From Tissierellia bacterium (GTDB taxonomy: Bacteria; Bacillota; Clostridia; Tissierellales; Peptoniphilaceae), in contig JAUNUQ010000006.1 in NCBI GenBank assembly GCA_030538075.1, positions 22,971 to 86,970 of the forward strand: a stretch of 64,000 nt of DNA, in the 5' to 3' direction. Of the stretch, positions 47,362 to 55,782 are shown piece after piece. The translations under genes were made by a program, and so were the position numbers. The notes under the pieces were generated by a model, which searched no databases, was not told the DNA's origin, and saw only the letters and a list, made by a program, of their open reading frames with translations. Each line of letters starts with the position of its first letter. Position 1 is the first letter of the stretch.

Positions 47362-48182
47362 ATCCCCCCCTCTCCCTCTTCACCGAATCGGTTTGTGATC
47401 AGCATGGAGATCACGATCAGCACCATCAAGATCATACTCATACTGCTGCCAAAATGCCAGTCCCCTGTCACGCGAAACTGCTGTTCGATGACATTCCCGA
47501 TCAAACTCACCTTATTGCCTCCGAGTAGACTTGAGATCTCGAAGGTGGAGACAGCGGGGATGAAGACCATCGTGATCCCAGTAATAATCCCTGGCACGCT
47601 CATGGGCAGCTTGATCTTCCAAAAAGTCTGACTATGGTTGGCCCCCAAATCCCAGGCCGCCTCCTCCAAGTCCAGTTCCATCTTCGCCAAGACCGAGTAG
47701 ATTGGAAGGACCATAAATGGTAAAAAGTTGTATACCATCCCAATCAGTACCGCTCCCTCTGTGAAGAGCATATCGACGGGACCTAGACCCAACAGACCCA
47801 AAAAACTGTTGATAATCCCGTTTTTGCTGAGGATGGTCAACCAGGAATAGGTCCTCAATAGGAAGTTCATCCACATGGGGATGATGACCAACAGGATCAT
47901 CGTACTACGGATATTCGCTTTCGTCCTCGCGATAAAATACGCCATCGGATATCCGATCAATAGACATAAAACCGTGGTGATAAAGGCCAGCCGAAGGGAC
48001 TTAAACAATATCTTGAGATACTGCGGAGTAAAAAAACGCTCATAGCTCGCAAGACTGAATGAGACGCCCATTTCGCTCAGACTTCCCGAAGTCACCGAAT
48101 AGTAGAAGACGAGGAGCAATGGCACGACGATGAAGATCGCCAGCCACAATAGATAGGGATAGGCCATCTTCTTAAATCGCAT
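47355..48182 (-). CDS. potB: spermidine/putrescine ABC transporter permease PotB
   Basis: 275 aa, polytopic, with the EAA loop [15 protein letters not shown]. Confidence 0.85.
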   Translation of the reverse strand: MRFKKMAYPYLLWLAIFIVVPLLLVFYYSVTSGSLSEMGVSFSLASYERFFTPQYLKILFKSLRLAFITTVLCLLIGYPMAYFIARTKANIRSTMILLVIIPMWMNFLLRTYSWLTILSKNGIINSFLGLLGLGPVDMLFTEGAVLIGMVYNFLPFMVLPIYSVLAKMELDLEEAAWDLGANHSQTFWKIKLPMSVPGIITGITMVFIPAVSTFEISSLLGGNKVSLIGNVIEQQFRVTGDWHFGSSMSMILMVLIVISMLITNRFGEEGEGGMW

Positions 48183-49218
48183 GGCCAGCCGCCTTCATAA
48201 TATGGATATTCTCCGGGATGATCACGATACCGACCTCTTCGCCAACTCCTCGGTACTGGGTCGAATGTACCAGGTATTCGAAGCCATCCACCACTACGAC
48301 CATCTCATAGTGCACCCCCATAAAGATATTGGACTGAACGATGCCGCGGAGCATCCCCTCCTGCGGTGCAGTGATCTCCATATCCTCTGGTCTGATGACC
48401 ACCTCCACCCCTTCCTCTGGACCAAATCCCCTATCCACACAGACAAATTGTTGACCGGAAAAGCTGACCGAATAGTCCTTGTGCATGACACCCGGAACGA
48501 TATTGGATTCACCGATAAAATCTGCAACAAAGGAGTTGATCGGTTCGTTGTAGATATCCACAGGTGTTCCGATCTGCTGAATGACCCCCTTGTCCATCAC
48601 GACGATCTTGTCGCTCATCGTGAGAGCCTCTTCTTGATCGTGAGTGACATAAATAAAGGTGATCCCCACCCTCTTTTGAATGGCTTTTAACTCCAGCTGC
48701 ATCTCCTTTCGAAGCTTTAAGTCCAGTGCCCCTAAGGGCTCATCTAGCAAAAGGAGCTGAGGCTCATTGACCAATGCCCTGGCGATTGCAATACGCTGCT
48801 GTTGCCCACCACTCATCCGGTCGATGCTCCTCGTCTCAAAGCCCTCCAAGTTGACTAATCGCAGAATTTCCTTTACCCTACGGTCGATCTCATCCTTTGG
48901 CACTTTCTTGATTCGAAGACCAAAGGCGATATTCTCATAGACATTGAGATGGGGAAATAGCGCATATTTTTGAAAAACCGTGTTCAACTGCCGCTCATAA
49001 GGAGGCTTATTCGTGATGTCCACGCCATCAAAAATGATTTTCCCCGTGTCTGGCGTATCAAACCCACCGATCAAACGGAGAGTCGTCGTCTTCCCACATC
49101 CACTAGGCCCCAGTAGAGTCAAAAACTCTCGGTGGGCTACAGACAAATCGATATTGTCTAAGACCACCTCTTCTCCAAAGCTCTTGGTCACCCCTTGTAA
49201 CTCAATTAAATTCGTCAT
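48172..49218 (-). CDS. potA: spermidine/putrescine ABC transporter ATPase PotA
   Basis: ORF 48172..49254 trimmed to the second ATG of AGGAGGTATGATG. It has Walker [10 protein letters not shown], the signature MSGGQQQR and Walker B LLLLDEP. Confidence 0.9.
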   Translation of the reverse strand: MTNLIELQGVTKSFGEEVVLDNIDLSVAHREFLTLLGPSGCGKTTTLRLIGGFDTPDTGKIIFDGVDITNKPPYERQLNTVFQKYALFPHLNVYENIAFGLRIKKVPKDEIDRRVKEILRLVNLEGFETRSIDRMSGGQQQRIAIARALVNEPQLLLLDEPLGALDLKLRKEMQLELKAIQKRVGITFIYVTHDQEEALTMSDKIVVMDKGVIQQIGTPVDIYNEPINSFVADFIGESNIVPGVMHKDYSVSFSGQQFVCVDRGFGPEEGVEVVIRPEDMEITAPQEGMLRGIVQSNIFMGVHYEMVVVVDGFEYLVHSTQYRGVGEEVGIVIIPENIHIMKAAGHAI

Positions 49219-49226
49219 CATACCTC

Positions 49227-49766
49227 CTAAAAACTTGGGGGGGTCGAAATCCAAAGCACCTCAGATTTTCCCCTAGCAGCATTGCTCAATTTTCTCGTAT
49301 TCTCTCCACCTGTATAAAAACATTCGCCCTTTTTCAATAGATGCTCCACACCATTCACAGTCAGGTGGATTTTGCCCTTTAAAACATATCCGAACTCCTC
49401 ACCTTCATGGGGGCTATACTCTTTTGAATGGCCTTTTTCCGTCAGTTCCAAACGAATCGGCTCCATACGGTTTTTTTGTGCATTTGGCACAATCCAAGAG
49501 ATCGAAACGCCACTCTGCTCATCCTTAGAAATATAATAGTCTTCTTCTCGAAAGACAATCCGTCGATCTACTTCTTCTTTGAAAAACTCACTGAGACTCG
49601 TCCCCAGAGCTTCCAATAGATCCTCCAGAGAATCTACGGAAGGGGATGTCAGATCCCGTTCAATCTGGCTGATAAACCCCTTTGTCAGCTCCGAACGCTC
49701 CGCCAGCTCCTCTTGGGTCAACCCCAATTGCAGCCTAAGCTGTTTTATCTTGTCTCCGATGTTCAC
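49227..49766 (-). CDS. XRE-family HTH regulator with C-terminal cupin domain (PuuR-like)
   Basis: 179 aa with a GTG start after GAGGAGGAG. It has the [28 protein letters not shown] and a cupin block [16 protein letters not shown]. Confidence 0.8.
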   Translation of the reverse strand: MNIGDKIKQLRLQLGLTQEELAERSELTKGFISQIERDLTSPSVDSLEDLLEALGTSLSEFFKEEVDRRIVFREEDYYISKDEQSGVSISWIVPNAQKNRMEPIRLELTEKGHSKEYSPHEGEEFGYVLKGKIHLTVNGVEHLLKKGECFYTGGENTRKLSNAARGKSEVLWISTPPSF

Positions 49767-49804
49767 AGACTCCTCCTCTCGTAGCTTGAACCCTTTTTCT
49801 TCAA

Positions 49805-50842
49805 CTATTCCCCAGAAATGACATCTGTCCAGATCCGATCGTAGACGACGATCATCTCCCCCGGGTCATTAAAGATCTGTATATTTTCAATCTTGGATAA
49901 GTCTGGAAAGACGATCTCCGAATCCTTCATATCCGACACAATATATTTTTTCGCCTCCACATTTGGAGTGGAATAGGCCACGTATTCAGCGTTTTGGGCC
50001 GCCACCTCAGCATCCAATAAAAAATTGATGAATGCCTCCGCATTTTCCTTATTCACAGCATCTTTTGGAATGACCATCGAATCAAACCACAGATTCGTGC
50101 CCTCCTTGGGAATCACATATTTCAGACCGGGATTCTCCCGAACAGCATAGAAAGCATCTCCAGAATACGTAGCCGCCAAAGCCGCCTCTCCCGTCGCCAT
50201 CATCTCCTTGATCTGGTCCACTTGATAGGCATAGACGAGGGGCCGCTGCTGTATGAGCAGTTGTTTTGCCTCTTCCAACTCCGTCTCAGACGTCGAGTTG
50301 ATCGAATACCCCAGCTTTAATAGGGCAATCCCGATGGACTGCCTGGAGCTGTCCAGCATTAGAATCTGATTTTCGTATTGAGGATCCCATAGGGCATCCC
50401 AACTATCGACGGGCGCCTGTACCACCTCCGGATTATATAGGATCCCCATCGTCCCCCAGAAATAGGGGATGGCATATTTTCCATCTGGATCATAGCTCAT
50501 TCCCATCAGCGCAGGATCGATGTTCTTAATATTCGGGATATTATCAAAATCAAGGGTTGCCAACATATCTTCCTTGATCATCCTCTCGATCATATACTCC
50601 GAGGGGACAATCAAATCATAGCTTCCCCCTCCCTGCTGCATCTTTACATATAGGTCCTCATTGGTCACATACATGTCGTACTTCACTTGAATTCCCGTCT
50701 GCTTCTCAAATTCAGCGAGTAGCTCCTTGTCGATATACTCCCCAAAATTATATACATTTACAACCTTTTCATTATCCCCATTGCCACAGGCGGTCAACAG
50801 CAATAGCAACACTGCCAACACAGACAGCATCCATTTCTTCAT
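49805..50842 (-). CDS. second PotD-type polyamine-binding lipoprotein (paralogue)
   Basis: ORF 49805..50878 trimmed to the ATG at 50842 after AAGGAGAGGG. It has the lipobox LLTACGNG and is alignable by eye with potD throughout (VYNFGEYID, VPSEYMIERM, YFWGTMGILYN, YVIPKEGTNLWFD). Confidence 0.8.
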   Translation of the reverse strand: MKKWMLSVLAVLLLLLTACGNGDNEKVVNVYNFGEYIDKELLAEFEKQTGIQVKYDMYVTNEDLYVKMQQGGGSYDLIVPSEYMIERMIKEDMLATLDFDNIPNIKNIDPALMGMSYDPDGKYAIPYFWGTMGILYNPEVVQAPVDSWDALWDPQYENQILMLDSSRQSIGIALLKLGYSINSTSETELEEAKQLLIQQRPLVYAYQVDQIKEMMATGEAALAATYSGDAFYAVRENPGLKYVIPKEGTNLWFDSMVIPKDAVNKENAEAFINFLLDAEVAAQNAEYVAYSTPNVEAKKYIVSDMKDSEIVFPDLSKIENIQIFNDPGEMIVVYDRIWTDVISGE

Positions 50843-50922
50843 CCCATCCCTCTCCTTATCTCTATGATTTTTAGTCACAATTTATTAAACATCTTGTTTC
50901 ATATATTAAACTTGCAAGTAGT

Positions 50923-50950
50923 ATTATATAAGAAAAAAACAGGAAGTCAA
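50923..50950 (-). promoter_or_regulatory. sigma-A type promoter of potD2
   Basis: Minus strand reads TTGACT (50950..50945), a 16-nt spacer, then TATAAT (50928..50923). Confidence 0.5.
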
Positions 50951-51063
50951 TCATCCAAAGCAAAAAACTCGTTAAAAGCAGATGGTCTATAAAATTGGCG
51001 TGAAAAACGAAAAACTCTTCAGTATTCAACTTCAATTATTCGTGTATCACCATCATTCCCCCA

Positions 51064-51106
51064 AGAAAAAAAGGTCTATTTCCGTATCCAATACCGAAAT
51101 AGACCT
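51064..51106 (-). terminator. intrinsic terminator after trpS
   Basis: Minus strand AGGTCTATTTCGG-TATTGGATA-CGGAAATAGACCT followed by TTTTTTT, about 15 nt after the trpS stop. Confidence 0.75.
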
Positions 51107-51119
51107 CTTGTATGATTTT

Positions 51120-52115
51120 TTAAACCTGATAGAAACCAACTTTTTTGTATACTTTTCGCAGAGTTTTCATGGCCGCATAGGATGCCCTTTGGGCGTTCTT
51201 CTTACAGACCTCCTCCAGATATCCCTTATCCGAAGAGATCTCCCTATATCTCTCCTGAATCGGACGAAGTCCTTCTGCCACCAACTCTCCCAGCTCTTCC
51301 TTGAATCTGGAGTAGTTTTCGTTCTCATAGCGCTTCACTATCGTTTCAGAAGTCTCTCCGGTGAAGGCGCTGTATATATTAATCAGATTCATCAAGCCGG
51401 CCTGTTCCTCTGAATAGCGGAACTCTCCCATCGAATCCGTCACTGCGCGCTTGATCTTGCGTACGATCGCATCCTTATCATCCAAGAGGAGAATCCTGGC
51501 ATTCTCATCCGGATCCGATTTTGACATCTTCGCCGTTGGATCCTTTAGGCTCATTATTCTCCCACCACTATCGGGAATCAATGGCTCAGGCACTACAAAG
51601 GTGTCGCTGTATTTGTTATTGAAGCGCTCTGCCAGATCTCTGGCCAGCTCTAGATGCTGCTTTTGGTCCGACCCTACGGGTACAAAGTCCGCCTGATAGA
51701 GCAATATATCCGCAGCCATTAGCACAGGATAGGTAAACAGCCCCACATTTTGATTATCCTGATTCTTCGCCAGTTTTTCCTTGTATTGGGTCATTCGAGA
51801 CAATTGTCCCATATAGGTGATCGTGCTGAGCACCCAAGAGAGCTCCGCATGTTGGGGAACATGGGACTGTATAAACAGCACAGATTTCTCCGGGTCAATC
51901 CCCGTGGCAATATATAGCGCCATTAAAGACAAGCTGTTCTTGCGCAGCTGAGCTGGCACCTGATTCACCGTAATCGAATGCATATCCACCACGCAGAAAT
52001 AGCAATCATTCTCCTCTTGTAGACGGGCAAATTACTGAATTGCCCCTAAATAATTCCCTAGGGTCAAATCCCCCGAGGGCTGCACCCCACTAAAAACTGT
52101 CTTCTTCGTCTCCAT
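51120..52115 (-). pseudogene. trpS: tryptophan--tRNA ligase with an in-frame TAA at codon 28 (pseudogene, sequencing error or recoding)
   Basis: The ATG at 52115 (after GGGAGGAAGA) gives METKKTVFSGVQPSGDLTLGNYLGAIQ, then TAA (52034..52032), then in the same frame FARLQEENDCYFCVVDMHSITV, which continues into track ORF 51120..51992. That ORF contains KMSKS (AKMSKSD). A Trp-specific T-box leader lies upstream. Confidence 0.8.
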
Positions 52116-52134
52116 TCTTCCTCCCATTGTCAAA

Positions 52135-52378
52135 ATAAAAAAGCCGTTCACTCCAAGGAGCGAACGGATCAGGTTCACGGTACCATCCTATTTTTTGGCA
52201 AAGCCACTCAATCGGTGCATAACACCTTCGCCCTATAACATGAGCCCACGGCTTTAGCTACTGTCCTTCACCAAAGCATCTCCCGAGTCCATTCCCCGCC
52301 CTCCGCATATCCCCTCTCAGCGACCAGGGACTCTCTGTAAATTGGAGCTTGCAGCTACTACTCTCGTTCTCAGATTCT
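52135..52378 (-). promoter_or_regulatory. T-box riboswitch leader, specifier UGG (Trp)
   Basis: The minus strand shows the AG-bulge/distal-loop elements AGAGAG..CCTGGTCGCTGAGAGG and the specifier-loop candidate GGAA-UGG-A (52291..52289). The conserved T-box sequence AGGATGGTACCGTGAAC is at 52189..52173. The terminator CCGTTCGCTCC-TTGG-AGTGAACGG plus TTTTTT is at 52167..52135. Confidence 0.8.
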
Positions 52379-52384
52379 GAAGAT

Positions 52385-52413
52385 ACTCTATCAAAATGCG
52401 GGTTCTCTGTCAA
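52385..52413 (-). promoter_or_regulatory. sigma-A type promoter of the T-box/trpS transcript
   Basis: Minus strand reads TTGACA (52413..52408), a 17-nt spacer, then TAGAGT (52390..52385). Confidence 0.5.
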
Positions 52414-52499
52414 GACCAGATCCGCATACAAGTCGGATTCTCATCACAGACATTAGCTTCTCTTCGCAATTTCGTCTTTTGCTGCGGACTTACTCTGGC

Positions 52500-52543
52500 A
52501 TAAAGAAAAGCGGTATCACGATCGATCTCGTTAAGCCGCTTTC
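52500..52543 (-). terminator. intrinsic terminator after CWB2 gene 1
   Basis: Minus strand AAAGCGG..(loop)..CCGCTTT followed by TCTTTAT, directly after the stop at 52551. Confidence 0.5.
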
Positions 52544-52550
52544 TCCTTCA

Positions 52551-53900
52551 CTATCTCAGTTCCCGAAGTTCCTTTTCCACTTCCTCAGAAACGGAATTCT
52601 CCCCTCCGATAATCGTGACGCGATGAATCTCATTTTCCTCAATAAACTCTGCAATTCCAGGCGAGAGTTTGTTCGGTGATGTGAGTAGGATCACGGCATT
52701 TGTATAAGTAGCGCATGGGCCTGCCGCCAGTGCATCAGGATAGCTCGTTCCATCTACTATGATCACTTTTTTGAGATCTATGTCCTTATTCTCTTTCAGT
52801 AGCGCTTTATGGGCATCTGCGACCTTTAGTGCGGTTTCATAGCGATTATCCCCCGCTATTCTCTCTTTTTCACCTTCACCCGGCACAGAGTTCCTACCTC
52901 CGATGACGAGGTCTCTTTCATACAGGAAATCCGTATAGGGAACAAATCGGCCATAGCCTGCACTTTTCTGCAATAAAAACGCATAGGGCGCTGCTGAAAG
53001 GGCATCTGCAAAGTCCGACCCACTGACAAAAATAGATGGCGTATCTCCTAGAACCTTAATCCCTCTGAGAGTAGCGGCCTCCTTGTTGATTCGGGCAGCT
53101 GTCTCAACTCTATTTTCTCCTGCAATACGAGTTACCCCATATCCCAGATCCTCTAATTCTGCTACCACTTTTTCGGAGATGGTATTTTCCCCACCTAGTA
53201 GATAGATCAGTTTTACTCCCAGGGACTTTAGCACATCTGCCATACCAGTTGGCAGATGATCCTTGGATGTCAATAACATCGGTCCACTTACCTCTGATGC
53301 CAAGGGTCCCCCGAAGAGGGCATCTGCAAAATTGTCTCCACTGGCGATGACGGCGATCCCAGCTTGAGAGATCATCTCACTCCCTTGCATTGCAGTCTCA
53401 TATCGATTATCTCCAGAGATCCGAGTTACCTCGTATTTCTCTTTCTGATCAAAATATGCCTGTAGCTCTTCTTCCGTATCAAAGGCGATCAGATCTAAGC
53501 GCGGTTCCACAAAGGGTTGACCATTATATAGTACCACTTTCCAAACCCCTTTTTCGTCTGGAGTCACCTCGAAGAAATATACACCGGGCCGAGCCGCACT
53601 CTCTATCGCGGTAAATTCGGCATAGGATTTATCTTCTCGCTGATACGTAAGCACTGCGTCCTTTGTGATCTGAATCGATCCAGAGTGCACCGTTATGGCG
53701 ATCCCGACCTTGGTCTCACCGGACTGCCCCTTTAACAGTGGTGATTCCCCCACTTGGTCTTGATCCGAAGTCGGTACTGGATCCTCATTCGCTTTTTCCG
53801 TCGATACGACTGCGCTGTTGTTGTCGTCACTGGCTAGAGCTGGAATACTCGTAAATAATAGCGCTACAACCAATAAAGAACTAAAAACTCTTCTGCTCAT
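52551..53900 (-). CDS. secreted cell-wall-binding-repeat-2 (CWB2) surface protein, copy 1
   Basis: 449 aa with a signal peptide (LLVVALLFTSIPALA) and an N-terminal beta-rich domain of about 150 aa. Three CWB2 repeats each begin with ISGDNRYETA / IAGENRVETA / IAGDNRYETA and contain FADAL/YPDAL and LLGG/IIGGENS blocks. Confidence 0.8.
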   Translation of the reverse strand: MSRRVFSSLLVVALLFTSIPALASDDNNSAVVSTEKANEDPVPTSDQDQVGESPLLKGQSGETKVGIAITVHSGSIQITKDAVLTYQREDKSYAEFTAIESAARPGVYFFEVTPDEKGVWKVVLYNGQPFVEPRLDLIAFDTEEELQAYFDQKEKYEVTRISGDNRYETAMQGSEMISQAGIAVIASGDNFADALFGGPLASEVSGPMLLTSKDHLPTGMADVLKSLGVKLIYLLGGENTISEKVVAELEDLGYGVTRIAGENRVETAARINKEAATLRGIKVLGDTPSIFVSGSDFADALSAAPYAFLLQKSAGYGRFVPYTDFLYERDLVIGGRNSVPGEGEKERIAGDNRYETALKVADAHKALLKENKDIDLKKVIIVDGTSYPDALAAGPCATYTNAVILLTSPNKLSPGIAEFIEENEIHRVTIIGGENSVSEEVEKELRELR

Positions 53901-54213
53901 CTATTCCCTCCTATATTGTATTCCACTGACAAGAGATGTCAGATGGTTTAAGAGTTAGTTTAGCTAAACGCCCTACATTACAAACCTTTTTTATTATTAG
54001 TTTATTATTACCAAACTGCAGATTCTCTATGAGACTTGAGAGTGATCGAATATCAGCAGATCCAGCAGACCTATCCATTCCAATATGGAATAGTACCCAT
54101 TCAGATCGATTAAGACGATAATGAAAAGAGCTGATCGAATCTCGCATCTCCCTTATCTTACCGGGTACTCGGGCGAGCCGATATGCGTAGTTGTAGGCTC
54201 AATTAAGTGCAAG

Positions 54214-54257
54214 GAAAACGCCCTGTCCTCGCCTTTGTAGAGGTTCAGGGCGTTTTC
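54214..54257 (-). terminator. terminator-like hairpin after the flavodoxin gene
   Basis: A 12-bp stem GAAAACGCCCTG / CAGGGCGTTTTC. The U-tract lies partly inside the stem, so efficiency is uncertain. Confidence 0.45.
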
Positions 54258-54341
54258 TTCCTCTTATCTGAGAAATTCTGATTACCAGAAATACATCCCG
54301 CTGTTGATGCAAATCAAAAACCTAGATTTTGGCATCTCAAA

Positions 54342-54764
54342 CTAGACTAGAGTCATACCCAGTCTTCTGCACGCAGCCAAGCCGGCTGCATCTGGATATT
54401 CGTTGAGAATTAAGTATTCATGCACCTGCTCTGCCCCAAGGCCCTTGCATCTATCGTCCCAATCTCTCATCCACTGACCGTCTCCCCAGCCATAGGAACC
54501 AAATAGAGCAATTTTTTTACCCTTTAATGCCGATTCACAGGATGCAAACATCGGCTCAAACTCCTCCTCTTCTAGCACCTCTTCACCCATAGAGGAACAG
54601 CCAAATGCCAATATATCATAATCCTCTATCATGCTGGCATAGAAATCCGTGCAATTAAAAAGAGATGCTTCACTACCCGCTTCTTTTGCCCCTTCGAAAA
54701 TTGCCTTTGCCATTTCCTCCGTGTTTCCCGTACCGCTCCAATATACAACTGCCACTCTACTCAT
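54342..54764 (-). CDS. short-chain flavodoxin
   Basis: 140 aa. It has the FMN phosphate loop VVYWSGTGNTEEMA and FGCSSMGEE..FGSYGWGDG. Confidence 0.85.
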   Translation of the reverse strand: MSRVAVVYWSGTGNTEEMAKAIFEGAKEAGSEASLFNCTDFYASMIEDYDILAFGCSSMGEEVLEEEEFEPMFASCESALKGKKIALFGSYGWGDGQWMRDWDDRCKGLGAEQVHEYLILNEYPDAAGLAACRRLGMTLV

Positions 54765-54801
54765 TGCTTTATCTCCTATTCATTCGAATTTTTTCATATT
54801 C

Positions 54802-55371
54802 TCATATGCCAATTGCCAGATAGTCCATATGCATTCCCCAATCCCATAGCATATGATAGATGGCCTTGCATCTCCTATAGTCATCAAATTTCTTAACCGC
54901 ATTCTCTACATCGGAATACACCTTCCAATCCCCTGCCAGTATGAAATTCTTAGCCTTATATTTGATGAACCCATCCACATCTGCTGGAGGGTAGCTGAGA
55001 AATAGTCCAATTTCATGGGGAAATCCATCATTCTCCTTCAGTCTCATAGCCAATTTCTTTACGCATAGGCCTGCATTGCCGCAGTTGTAGCCCCTACTTT
55101 GCATGAGTTCACATGCCAGATCAACTGATAAATCCGCCTCTAAATACTCCGGTCGATATATATATACAAGTGCTTTACAGTCAAAGAATTTTAATGGGAC
55201 AAGCCGCATGCCCTTAGGGACGAGCCTCGTGTTCAAGCAGCGTATTTCCTCCCAGAATTGTCCTAGATCCTCATAGGGCACCGTAGAAATATTTCCCGTT
55301 TTTATTCCGGCCAAGGTCGGAGAACAATGCCTTACAATGAACTCTTCAAGCATGGGATGGAATTTGTACAT
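54802..55371 (-). CDS. DUF3793-like protein
   Basis: 189 aa. HCSPTLAGIKTGN, FPHEIGLFLSYPPADVDGFI and GDWKVY match my memory of the DUF3793 family. Function is unknown. Confidence 0.55.
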   Translation of the reverse strand: MYKFHPMLEEFIVRHCSPTLAGIKTGNISTVPYEDLGQFWEEIRCLNTRLVPKGMRLVPLKFFDCKALVYIYRPEYLEADLSVDLACELMQSRGYNCGNAGLCVKKLAMRLKENDGFPHEIGLFLSYPPADVDGFIKYKAKNFILAGDWKVYSDVENAVKKFDDYRRCKAIYHMLWDWGMHMDYLAIGI

Positions 55372-55646
55372 GTGTTCATGTCCAAGATGTCTCTCAGTGC
55401 ACTCATAGAGCTCGAGTGGGATCTGGCTATTACGGTTTCTTTCCCCTTTATTCTATCCAGAGCCATTTCTAACATCTTATGTGAAGTTGTATTGGTAAAG
55501 ATCACCAATAAGTCCGGGCTGCCAATTCTGTCCTTTAGACCATATTTCATCTTTGTAAACACCTTGACATCATAATTGTACTCTCGACACAGATCTTTAT
55601 ACCTTCTCTCCATTCTCTCATTGCCACCTACGATTACTATCGACAT
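55332..55646 (-). CDS. DUF2325-like protein
   Basis: 104 aa. MSIVIVGGNERM..PDLLVIFTNTTSHKM..SHSSSMSAL matches my memory of DUF2325. Its 3' end overlaps the DUF3793 gene start by 40 nt. Confidence 0.55.
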   Translation of the reverse strand: MSIVIVGGNERMERRYKDLCREYNYDVKVFTKMKYGLKDRIGSPDLLVIFTNTTSHKMLEMALDRIKGKETVIARSHSSSMSALRDILDMNTCTNSIPCLKSSL

Positions 55647-55675
55647 ATTCTCTCCTTTTCTATTTAAATTTTAAA

Positions 55676-55690
55676 TGATATCCATTATCA
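55676..55690. promoter_or_regulatory. Fur-box-like operator upstream of the DUF2325-DUF3793-flavodoxin operon
   Basis: TGATATC-C-ATTATCA compared with the Bacillus-type 7-1-7 consensus TGATAAT-N-ATTATCA. The right half is perfect and the left half matches 5/7. It lies 30-45 nt upstream of the start at 55646. Confidence 0.45.
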
Positions 55691-55704
55691 TTAAGTCAAT
55701 ACTA

Positions 55705-55751
55705 ACAATAAAACGGAGCCCTTTCTACTCCAAAAGATCAGAAAAGGCTCC
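55705..55751 (-). terminator. intrinsic terminator after the P-type ATPase gene
   Basis: Minus strand GGAGCCTTTTC..(loop)..GAAAGGGCTCC (one mismatch) followed by GTTTTATTGTT. Confidence 0.55.
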
Positions 55752-55782
55752 AAAAGGTCACGAACAATTGTGTCAAAAATCA

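Noticed and set aside
52032-52034. Alternative genetic code or reassigned TAA as an explanation for the in-frame stop in trpS.
   Set aside because: TAA is used as the normal terminator of several well-delimited genes in this window (for example rlmB, rnfE and potA). Reassignment is therefore not tenable.
53911-54147. 78-aa minus-strand ORF (and the 61-aa plus-strand ORF 53936..54121) in the long region upstream of CWB2 gene 1.
   Set aside because: There is no spacing between the only SD-like sequence and the ATG, the composition is odd, there are no motifs, and the ORF ends inside the RBS region of the next gene. The region is more likely untranslated leader.
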